Below are positions 31,154 through 38,829 of a DNA stretch of 64,000 nt, one piece after another; positions within the stretch are counted from its first letter, which is position 1, and each line of letters opens with the position of its first letter. Source of the stretch: Vicinamibacterales bacterium (GTDB lineage Bacteria > Acidobacteriota > Vicinamibacteria > Vicinamibacterales > UBA2999). Location: positions 537,634 through 601,633 of the forward strand of contig JBFWNR010000002.1 in the NCBI GenBank assembly GCA_050250955.1, given 5' to 3'. A program made the position numbers and the translations under genes. The notes below the pieces were generated by a model. The model saw only the letters and a program-made list of their open reading frames with translations. It did no database searches and had not been told where the DNA came from.

Positions 31154-31792
31154 CTACGAGGCGCGCGCCTGACGGGCCTTGGCGGGCGCGGCCGCGGCCT
31201 TGGCCGGCGCGGCCTTGACCGGCGCCACCTTGACCGGCGTCACCTTGGCCGCTGGCGCCGCCTTGGCCTTGGTCTCGGCCCGCTGGGCGTTGCGCGCCTT
31301 GACGCTGAAACACTTCTCGAGCGCCTTCTCGACGCGCTCTTCGATCTCGAGACTGGTGACGTTCATCACCTCGGAGACTTCGGAGACGATGAGCGACTTG
31401 GCGCGATCGAGCATGCGCTTCTCACGGAACGAGAGGCTCTTCGACTTGGCGAGGAACGTGAGGCTCTTCAGCACGTCGGCCATGTCGGCGATCGAGCCGC
31501 TGCGCATCTTGTCGGAGTTGTCCTTGAAGCGCCCCTTCCAATTGGTGTGGTTGTCGATCTTGCCGTCGCCCAGCTTGCCGAACAGCCGCTCGACTTCCTC
31601 GTCGTCGATGGCGCGCCGCAGGCCGACGTTGTCGACGTTGGCCACCGGCACGAGCACCGTCGTGTCGTTGGAGAGGATGCGGAGATGGAAGAAGCCGCAG
31701 GTGGTGCCGAGAATGGTCTTCTCTTCGACCTTCTCCACGACACCAAGCCCGTGATTGGGGTAGATGACCTTGTCGCCGACCTGGAATGACAC
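31154..31792 (-). CDS. carD: CarD/CdnL family transcriptional regulator with Ala/Lys/Pro-rich C-terminal tail
   Basis: 212 aa, GTG start at 31792. FQVGDKVIYPNHGLGVVEKVEEK...FFHLRI...VLVPVANVDNVGLRR is the CarD_TRCF RNAP-interacting domain. The C-terminal 40 aa read AETKAKAAPAAKVTPVKVAPVKAAPAKAAAAPAKARQARAS. Confidence 0.9.
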   Translation of the reverse strand: MSFQVGDKVIYPNHGLGVVEKVEEKTILGTTCGFFHLRILSNDTTVLVPVANVDNVGLRRAIDDEEVERLFGKLGDGKIDNHTNWKGRFKDNSDKMRSGSIADMADVLKSLTFLAKSKSLSFREKRMLDRAKSLIVSEVSEVMNVTSLEIEERVEKALEKCFSVKARNAQRAETKAKAAPAAKVTPVKVAPVKAAPAKAAAAPAKARQARAS

Positions 31793-31855
31793 GTGGCCCC
31801 CGTTTCAGGAGTGGGTGGGTCTATAAGGGCGGGAACGAACCCTCGAGACCTTGTC

Positions 31856-31861
31856 ATTATA
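31856..31861 (-). promoter_or_regulatory. Perfect -10 hexamer TATAAT upstream of carD
   Basis: Minus strand reads cggcTATAATgac, about 64 nt upstream of the carD GTG. The -35 is weak (GTGGCA/TGGCAG). Confidence 0.4.
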
Positions 31862-31971
31862 GCCGAGAATTCGGGCATCTGCCACCGGAAACGCCTGGAA
31901 AACCGGGGGTTTTCGGCTGCTCATGCCGGCACGGACGAGCGGCCCTAAACCGTCCACCGACGAGGAGTTAG

Positions 31972-32616
31972 GTGCCCCGATTGGTCCCCGGTGGGGGGGC
32001 GTTTGCCGGTATTCTTGCCGCCATGGACCGCCGCTCCGCCACCGCCGGAAGCCTCGCCATACTGCTGAGCTGCATGGTGTCGGCGACGTCCCCGGCCAGC
32101 CAGGTCGCCCCGCCGCCCAAGCGGCCGGACGCGCCGAACCTGGCGCCCTACGTCCCCACCCCCCAGGAGGTGGTGGACCGGATGCTCGCCCTGGCGAAGG
32201 TGACCCGTGACGACGTGGTCATCGACCTGGGCTGCGGCGACGGCCGCATTCCCATCACCGCGGCCAAGGTGTTCGGGGCCCGCGGGATCGGCGTCGACAT
32301 CGACCCGCAGCGAATCGCCGAGGCGAACGCCAACGCCCGCCGCGCCGGCGTCAGCCACCTGGTGACCTTCAAGCTGGAGAACGCCCTGACCACCGACGTG
32401 TCCAGCGCCACCGTGGTGACGACCTACCTGCTCTCGGCCTCGAACCTCAAGCTGCGCCCGATGCTGACCCGCGCGCTCAAGCCGGGCACCCGCATCGTCG
32501 CGCACAACTACGGCTTCGGCGACTGGGTGCCGGAGCGGACCGAGACCTTCACCGACGACGCCAAGACCCGCCGCACGATCTACCTGTGGACCGCCGACGG
32601 GATCGTGCGTCCGTAG
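31972..32616 (+). CDS. Class I SAM-dependent methyltransferase with N-terminal signal/anchor
   Basis: 214 aa. VIDLGCGDGRIPITAAK (motif I), GVDIDPQRI, IVAHNY. Alternative start at ATG 32023 (MDRRSATAGSLAILLSCMVSATS). Confidence 0.75.
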   Translation: MPRLVPGGGAFAGILAAMDRRSATAGSLAILLSCMVSATSPASQVAPPPKRPDAPNLAPYVPTPQEVVDRMLALAKVTRDDVVIDLGCGDGRIPITAAKVFGARGIGVDIDPQRIAEANANARRAGVSHLVTFKLENALTTDVSSATVVTTYLLSASNLKLRPMLTRALKPGTRIVAHNYGFGDWVPERTETFTDDAKTRRTIYLWTADGIVRP

Positions 32617-34403
32617 CCGCCGACTATCGCGCCCGCCTCGCCGCCCACGAGGCCCGGGCCGGGTCGCTCGATCGCCACCACGACCGGCTCGGCGCCCTGC
32701 GCCTGGCGGTCGCCACCGCGGCGATTGCCATCGGCGTCGGCGCCTGGGGTGTCGGGCGCCTGTCGCCGTGGTGGCTGGCCGTGCCGGTGGTCGTGTTCGT
32801 CGGGCTGATGGTGCGCCACGCCCGTGTGCTCGATGCGCGGACCGAGGCGCGCCGCGCAGCCGCCTACGTCGCCGCGGGTCTGGCCCGCCTCGAGCACCGC
32901 TGGCAGGGGACCGGGTCTCCGGGTTCGGCGTGGCAGCCGGCCGACCACCTCTACGCCGAGGACCTCGACCTCTTCGGTGCCGGCAGCCTGTTCGAGCTGC
33001 TGTCCACGGCCCGCACGACCGGCGGCGAGGCCGTCCTGGCCGGCTGGCTGACCAGCCCGTCACCGCCCCCGGTCGTCGTCGCCCGGCAGGAGGCGGTCCG
33101 CGAACTGGCGGGACGCGACCAGCTGCGCGAAGACCTCGCCGTCCTCGGCCCCGACGTGCGCGAACGCGTCCAGACCGCGGCGCTCGTCGCCTGGGCCGCC
33201 CAGCCGGTGATGCCGCCACCGCGGGCCGCCCACGCGATCCTGGCGGCCCTGTCGGCGGTGACCCTGGCCGGCGGCTGGACGTGGACCCAGACCGGCTCGC
33301 TGCCGGCGTGGCTGGTGGCTGCCGTGGCGGTGCAGGGCGCCGTCGGCCTGTGGTGGCGACCGCGCGTGCTGGCGGCGATCCGCGCCCTCGAACCTCGCGT
33401 GCGCGATCTGGCGGTGGTCGCGGCAGTCGCCGCCCGCGTGGAACGCGAACGCTTCTCCAGCGCGCAACTGGTCGGCATCGTCGACCGACTGACGGCGAGC
33501 GGCCGCCCGGCCGCCGCCGAGGTGCGTCGGCTGTCGCGACACGTGCACCTGCTGACGTCACGGCGCAACCAGTTCTTTGCGCCGGTGGCCTTCCTGCTGT
33601 TCTGGGCGACGCACCTGTCCTGGGCGATCGACCGCTGGCGGCGTGACACCGGCCCGGCGGTGGCCGGCTGGCTCGACGCGCTGGCGGAACTCGAGGCCCT
33701 GGCGTCGCTCGCAACCTACGACGCCGAGCATCCGGGCCACGTCTTCCCGACGTTCCTCGACGGCCCGCCGCGGCTCACGGCGACGGCGCTGGCGCACCCT
33801 CTGCTGCCACACGGCGACGCCGTCGGCAACGACGTGACGCTGGGTGGCGACGGCCCGGCCTTGTGGCTAGTCAGCGGGTCGAACATGTCGGGCAAGAGCA
33901 CCTGGCTGCGCGCCATCGGCACCAACGTCGTCCTGGCCCAGGCCGGCGCGCCGGTCCGGGCCGCGGCGATGGCGCTGACGCCGCTCCTGCCCGGCGGCAC
34001 GCTGCGCGTCCAGGACTCGCTGCAGGCGGGGCGATCGCGGTTCTTCGCCGAGATCACCAAGGTGCGGGCGATCGTCGAGGCGGCGCGCGGCGCCGGGCCC
34101 GGGCATCCGCCGGTCCTGTTCCTGCTCGACGAGCTGTTTGCCGGCACCAACTCGCACGACCGCCAGCGCGGCGCGGCCGGCGTCCTCGGCGGCCTCGTCG
34201 ACCTCGGCGCGATCGGGCTGGCGACCACCCACGATCTGGCCCTCACCACGCTGACCACGGCCCTGGGCCCGCGCGCCGCCAACGCGCACTTCGCCGACCG
34301 CTTCGACGGCGGCGGGCTGGAGTTCGACTATCAGCTGCGCCCCGGTGTGGTCGGGACGTCGAACGCGCTGGCCCTGATGCGGTCGGTGGGCCTCGACGTA
34401 TAG
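32586..34403 (+). CDS. MutS-related ATPase (MutS domain V only) with N-terminal transmembrane region
   Basis: 605 aa. C-terminal GSNMSGKSTWLRAIG (Walker A), FLLDELFAGTNSHD (Walker B) and TTHDL. N-terminal half has 4-5 TM helices. No mismatch-binding or clamp domains recognised. Confidence 0.85.
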   Translation: MDRRRDRASVAADYRARLAAHEARAGSLDRHHDRLGALRLAVATAAIAIGVGAWGVGRLSPWWLAVPVVVFVGLMVRHARVLDARTEARRAAAYVAAGLARLEHRWQGTGSPGSAWQPADHLYAEDLDLFGAGSLFELLSTARTTGGEAVLAGWLTSPSPPPVVVARQEAVRELAGRDQLREDLAVLGPDVRERVQTAALVAWAAQPVMPPPRAAHAILAALSAVTLAGGWTWTQTGSLPAWLVAAVAVQGAVGLWWRPRVLAAIRALEPRVRDLAVVAAVAARVERERFSSAQLVGIVDRLTASGRPAAAEVRRLSRHVHLLTSRRNQFFAPVAFLLFWATHLSWAIDRWRRDTGPAVAGWLDALAELEALASLATYDAEHPGHVFPTFLDGPPRLTATALAHPLLPHGDAVGNDVTLGGDGPALWLVSGSNMSGKSTWLRAIGTNVVLAQAGAPVRAAAMALTPLLPGGTLRVQDSLQAGRSRFFAEITKVRAIVEAARGAGPGHPPVLFLLDELFAGTNSHDRQRGAAGVLGGLVDLGAIGLATTHDLALTTLTTALGPRAANAHFADRFDGGGLEFDYQLRPGVVGTSNALALMRSVGLDV

Positions 34404-34406
34404 TCG

Positions 34407-36836
34407 ATGGCCATGTCCGGCGTCAGCGACTACGAGCAGCTCGGGCTCTTCTATCTCGGCCAGCGCTACGACCAGGCGACGCGGGCGCGGCGCCCCGAGC
34501 CGGTGCTCTACGACTCGGCCGACCTGTTGACCCACGCCGTCTGCATCGGCATGACCGGCAGCGGCAAGACCGGGCTCGGCGTGGCGCTCATCGAGGAAGC
34601 GGCCATCGACGGCCTGCCGGTGCTGGCGATCGATCCCAAGGGCGATCTCGCCAACCTCGCGCTGCGCTTCCCGGGCCTGTCGGCGGCCGAGTTCGCGCCG
34701 TGGGTGAACCCGGACGAGGCCCGCACCCGCCAGCTGTCGCCGGCGGCGTTCGCCGCCGCCGAAGCGGCGCGCTGGACGGCCGGGCTCGCCGACTGGCAGC
34801 AGGACGGCGCCCGGATCGCCCGACTCGCCGCCGCCGCCGAGGTGACCGTCTACACCCCGGGCAGCCGCGCCGGGCTGCCGCTGTCGATCCTCGAGACGTT
34901 CAACGTGCCGCCGGCCGCCGTGCTCGACGACCCGGAACTGCTCGCCGAGCGGGTGCAGTCGGTGGCGACCAGCGTGCTGTCGCTGGCCGGCGTCGGCGGC
35001 GAGGCGACGACCAGCCGCGAGCACGTGCTGGTGGCGACGCTGCTCCAGGAGGCATGGCGGGCCGGGCGGTCGCTCGATCTGGGGGCGCTCATCGCCCAGG
35101 TGCAGGCGCCGCCCGTCGCGCGGGTCGGCGTGCTCGAACTGGAGTCGTTCTTCCCCGCCGCCGACCGCTTCACGCTGGCGATGAAGCTGAACACGGTGCT
35201 GGCCTCGCCGGGCTTCGCCACCTGGCTCGAGGGCACGCCGCTCGACGTCGGCACGCTGCTCTACACGCCGGCCGGGCGGCCGCGCATCGCCGTGGTGTCG
35301 ATCGCGCATCTCGACGACACCGAGCGGATGTTCGTGGTGGCGCTGCTGTTGGAGCAGGTACTGGCGTGGGTGCGGGCCCAGCGCGGCACGACGTCGCTGC
35401 GCGCCGTCCTCTACATGGACGAGCTCTTCGGGTTCCTGCCGCCGAGCGCCAACCCGCCGAGCAAGACCCCGCTGCTGACGCTCCTGAAGCAGGCCCGGGC
35501 CTACGGCCTGGGCTGCGTCCTGGCGACGCAGAACCCGGTGGACCTCGACTACAAGGCGCTGTCGAATGCCGGCACGTGGTTCCTGGGCCGGCTGCAGACC
35601 GAACGCGACAAGGCGCGCGTGCTCGACGGCCTCGAGGGCGTGGCCGCCGGGTCGGGCCAGGGCTTCGACCGGGCCGCCATCGACACCCTGCTCTCGAGCC
35701 TCGACAAGCGGGTGTTCCTGCTCCACAACGTGCACGACCGCGAGCCGGTGCTGTTCCAGACCCGCTGGACCATGTCGTATCTGCGCGGGCCCATGGGCCG
35801 TGAGGACATCCGCACGTTGATGGATCCGCAGCGCGCCGCGACCGCGACCGCGCCGGTTCCGGCGGCGCCGGCGGCCATCGCGGCGGGTGGCAATCCCGTG
35901 GCCGCGTCCCCCTCTCCGGCGGCCGCGCCGGCCGCGGCCACGCCGCGGCCGATCGTCCCACCCGACGTGCCGCAGTACTTCGCGCCGGGGGCCGGGCGCT
36001 CGTGGGTGCCGATGCTGGTCGGCGCGGCCCGGGTGAGCTACAGCGACCGCGCGCTCGGGGTCGACGAGACCACCGACATCGTCGTGTGGACGCCGCTCGG
36101 CGACGGCCCGGTCGCCGCCGACTGGGAGCACGCCGAGCCCGCCGACTTCGCCGTCTCGGCGCTGACCCGTGAACCGGCGGGAGGCGGCACGTTCGCGGCG
36201 CTGCCGGCCGCGGCGGCCAAGCCGCGCAGCTACACCGCCTGGACCAAGGCCTTCACGAGCTGGGCGGCACGTTCGCAGACCGTGGAGCTGCTGCGTGCGC
36301 CGCGGCTCGCGCTGACGTCGCACCCGGGCGAGTCCGAGGGCGAGTTCCGCGTCCGCGTCCAGCATGCGCTGCGCGAGCGGCGCGACGAGGCGCTGGCGGC
36401 GCTCAGGGCCCGACAGGCGCCGAAGCTGGCCGCGCTCGACGAGAAGATCCGCAAGGCCGGCCAGGCGGTGCAGCGCGAGGCCGCGCAGGCGGCCGATCAG
36501 AAGCGGTCGGCGATGGTGTCGATCGGCGCGGCGGTGCTCGGCGCCGTGCTGGGCCGCAAGGCGGTCAGCGCCACCAACATCGGCCGGGCGACGACGGCGG
36601 CGCGGGGCGTGGGGCGCATCGGCCGCGAGGCGCAGGACGTGGCCCGCGCCGAGGCCAACGTCGAGGCGCTGGGCGCGCAGCGCGCCGAGCTGGTCGCCGG
36701 GTTCGAAGCGGAGCTGCAGGCGCTCCAGGCCGAGTGGAGTGCAGATGCCGAGACGTTCGAGCGCGTGGTCGTCAAGCCCAAGCGCGGCGGTGTGCAGCCG
36801 CAGCTGGTCGCGCTGGTGTGGCGGCCCGAGTCCTGA
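34407..36836 (+). CDS. HerA/FtsK-superfamily P-loop ATPase (DUF87-like), large, with Pro/Ala linker and coiled-coil/TM C-terminus
   Basis: 809 aa, starting 4 nt after the MutS-like stop. Walker A IGMTGSGKTG, Walker B AVLYMDELFGF, ATQNPVDLDYKALSNAGTWFLGRLQTERD. C-terminal heptad-like region and hydrophobic MVSIGAAVLGAVLG. Confidence 0.7.
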   Translation: MAMSGVSDYEQLGLFYLGQRYDQATRARRPEPVLYDSADLLTHAVCIGMTGSGKTGLGVALIEEAAIDGLPVLAIDPKGDLANLALRFPGLSAAEFAPWVNPDEARTRQLSPAAFAAAEAARWTAGLADWQQDGARIARLAAAAEVTVYTPGSRAGLPLSILETFNVPPAAVLDDPELLAERVQSVATSVLSLAGVGGEATTSREHVLVATLLQEAWRAGRSLDLGALIAQVQAPPVARVGVLELESFFPAADRFTLAMKLNTVLASPGFATWLEGTPLDVGTLLYTPAGRPRIAVVSIAHLDDTERMFVVALLLEQVLAWVRAQRGTTSLRAVLYMDELFGFLPPSANPPSKTPLLTLLKQARAYGLGCVLATQNPVDLDYKALSNAGTWFLGRLQTERDKARVLDGLEGVAAGSGQGFDRAAIDTLLSSLDKRVFLLHNVHDREPVLFQTRWTMSYLRGPMGREDIRTLMDPQRAATATAPVPAAPAAIAAGGNPVAASPSPAAAPAAATPRPIVPPDVPQYFAPGAGRSWVPMLVGAARVSYSDRALGVDETTDIVVWTPLGDGPVAADWEHAEPADFAVSALTREPAGGGTFAALPAAAAKPRSYTAWTKAFTSWAARSQTVELLRAPRLALTSHPGESEGEFRVRVQHALRERRDEALAALRARQAPKLAALDEKIRKAGQAVQREAAQAADQKRSAMVSIGAAVLGAVLGRKAVSATNIGRATTAARGVGRIGREAQDVARAEANVEALGAQRAELVAGFEAELQALQAEWSADAETFERVVVKPKRGGVQPQLVALVWRPES

Positions 36837-36853
36837 CCGCTGTACTCGCGTTG

Positions 36854-36873
36854 GGCAGCTCTTCAGAGCTGCC
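36854..36873 (+). terminator. Stem-loop GGCAGCTC-TTCA-GAGCTGCC after the ATPase gene
   Basis: Perfect 8-bp stem with a 4-nt loop, 18 nt after the stop at 36836. No U-tract follows. Confidence 0.4.
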
Positions 36874-37067
36874 GACCTCCGTCGCCGGCGACGGGCCGGC
36901 GCGACGCCCCTCACACCTCACACGTCGGTCCGGGCTGCCAGGAGGGTACGATCTCGCGCTGGGGGCACCCGGCAGAGCGCCCGGTCCTCAGATTTCGGCG
37001 TGAGGGACGCCACGTCGTCCCGTCCCGCTCGTCTGCGACCGTAGTAAGCTGAGTCGCTGTCCCACGT

Positions 37068-37155
37068 GCCGGCGTGGCGGAACTGGCAGACGCGCGAGAC
37101 TCAAAATCTTGTGCCCCAAAAGGGCGTGTGGGTTCGATTCCCTCCGCCGGCACCA
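37068..37155 (+). tRNA. tRNA-Leu (anticodon CAA), type II with long variable arm, CCA encoded
   Basis: Hand fold. Acceptor GCCGGCG/CGCCGGC. D-stem GCG/CGC. Anticodon stem CGAGA/TCTTG with loop CT-CAA-AA. Variable arm GCCCCAAAAGGGC. T-arm GTGGG-TTCGATT-CCCTC (one U-U mismatch). Discriminator A, then CCA at 37153-37155. Confidence 0.85.
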
Positions 37156-37244
37156 ACCGTCGCTCGACCCGACGGCGCGAAGGCCGGCCGCTTCCCGAGC
37201 GATGGTCGGCAAGCCAGCCGTCTTTCGGCCTCGGTTCACCAGGC

Positions 37245-37532
37245 CTACAGCACGTCCCAGCCCGACCCGGTGAACTCGGCGTGCTTGGCCGCGGCATCGG
37301 CATCGAACCGCGCCGCGTCCTCGAGCGCGTAGTTGCGCGACCACAGCAGCTCGCCGTTGACGTAGACCCGGAACTCGCGGCGCCCGAACTTCACGGTCAT
37401 GCGCGCCTCGGCGCGATCGGCGCCGCGGCTGAGCAGCCACAGGCGGCGTTCGATGCGGGAGTGCAGGTCGGGGCGGACGGCGTCAGCCGGCGACGCCGCG
37501 GGAGGCTGGGGGGACGACGGGTCGTCGCTCAT
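37245..37532 (-). CDS. Hypothetical small protein (95 aa)
   Basis: In-frame ATG at 37532 inside track ORF 37245..38468. Sequence: MSDDPSSPQ...RIERRLWLLSRGADRAEARMTVKFGRREFRVYVNGELLWSRNYALEDAARFDADAAAKHAEFTGSGWDVL. GC3-rich. No family recognised. Confidence 0.5.
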   Translation of the reverse strand: MSDDPSSPQPPAASPADAVRPDLHSRIERRLWLLSRGADRAEARMTVKFGRREFRVYVNGELLWSRNYALEDAARFDADAAAKHAEFTGSGWDVL

Positions 37533-37582
37533 GCGCAGCGGCTCACGCGAGCGAGTATAGCGGGTCCGGCCGGCCCGGTGGG

Positions 37583-38698
37583 TCAGTTCCGCAGGCCGAG
37601 CCGATCGGCCTGCTGGCAGTAGTCGCGACGGATCTTGAAGGCGGCCAGGCCGTCGCGGGTGGCCGGCGCGCGCAGGCTGTCGGAGGAGGAGATCACCTGC
37701 TGCAGCGCCATGGGATGGTGCATGTCGATCGGCGCGCCCATGGCATCGGTGAAGTAGTCCTCGCCGCCGCCGGCGTTGTACCAGTACCCGGGTTGCGCGT
37801 AGCTCTCGCGATCGCAGCCGCGGTTGCCGCTCCAGTCGTTCTCCGGGAACGCCCGCGACGCGTACATCCGCGGCTCCCAGGCGTAGACGACCTCGGACGG
37901 ATTGGAGCGGTTCAGCACCGTGATCGGGTCGAACACGGCCGGCGTGGCAAAGGCCCGGTAGACTTCCTTGCCGCCGTCGGCGTGCACCGACTGCTGCGTC
38001 GTCCAGATCTCGTAGCCGCTCTGCACCCGGCACGGCGAGTCGATCTGCATCACGTCCTTGATCGGCGCCCGGGTCCGCGGGTCGCACACCGCGCCGACGT
38101 CGCCGGTGTCCATCATCAGCTGCGTGAACGCCTTGAGGCCGAACTCGGGGTGGATCAGCCGGATCTCCGCCGAGTGGTGCCGGGTCGTGAACCGGCGCGG
38201 ACCGCCGGTGCCCATGTGGAACACCGAGCGTGAGAAGACGCGATTGATCCGGCCCTCGTCGTTGCGCTCGCCGGGCAGGGCGATGAACACCTTGAACCCT
38301 TCGTGCGGCTCCTCGTGACCGGCCGGCTCGTCCTCCATGGGATGGCGGCGGCCGATGTAGCCGAAGCGCACCGGCGCGGCGGCGATGTCGCGGTCGGTCA
38401 TCATCGCCGGGTCGTCGCCGTGCTCGTGGGCGTAGACGCAGCCGGTGGGGTCGACCTGCGGATGCCACGTGCGATAGCGGTAGCCGTCGCCGCCGGCCAC
38501 GACGTGGGCGTCGTGCACCTCGGCCGGGCAGTCGCCGAGAATCGTCGGATCGACCGCGCCCCAGATCGGGCCGTCGGGGTGCGGCGGCAGGATCGGCCGC
38601 TGCTGGGCCCCGGCCGCCATCGCGTGGACCGCCGGCGCGGCAGCGTCACCACACGCCACCTGGACGGCACCGGCCAGGATCAGCAGGCCGGTCAACAT
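37583..38698 (-). CDS. Hypothetical secreted/lipoprotein-like His-rich protein
   Basis: ATG 38698 gives MLTGLLILAGAVQVACGD, a signal or lipobox-like sequence. The mature part has HEHGDDP, HPMEDEPAGHEEPHEG and several Cys. No family recognised. Confidence 0.6.
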   Translation of the reverse strand: MLTGLLILAGAVQVACGDAAAPAVHAMAAGAQQRPILPPHPDGPIWGAVDPTILGDCPAEVHDAHVVAGGDGYRYRTWHPQVDPTGCVYAHEHGDDPAMMTDRDIAAAPVRFGYIGRRHPMEDEPAGHEEPHEGFKVFIALPGERNDEGRINRVFSRSVFHMGTGGPRRFTTRHHSAEIRLIHPEFGLKAFTQLMMDTGDVGAVCDPRTRAPIKDVMQIDSPCRVQSGYEIWTTQQSVHADGGKEVYRAFATPAVFDPITVLNRSNPSEVVYAWEPRMYASRAFPENDWSGNRGCDRESYAQPGYWYNAGGGEDYFTDAMGAPIDMHHPMALQQVISSSDSLRAPATRDGLAAFKIRRDYCQQADRLGLRN

Positions 38699-38829
38699 CC
38701 CTCTGTGCACGCGTCTGCTCTCCCCTCGACCGGCGGCGGCCCGCATGGCGCTGCTGCACAGGATAGCAGCCTCGCGTCCCCGGCGTCGCGGGCTCATCGG
38801 GGCGCACGGTCGAGCCGAAACAGGAAGGG

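Noticed and set aside
33867-36914. 1015-aa minus-strand ORF antisense to the MutS-like and HerA-like genes
   Set aside because: A shadow ORF that spans two real genes on the other strand and has no motifs.
37156-38829. Possible genomic island integrated at tRNA-Leu
   Set aside because: No integrase or recombinase, no obvious direct repeat of the tRNA 3' end, and no visible drop in GC content. This was kept only as a low-interest note on the two unknown genes.
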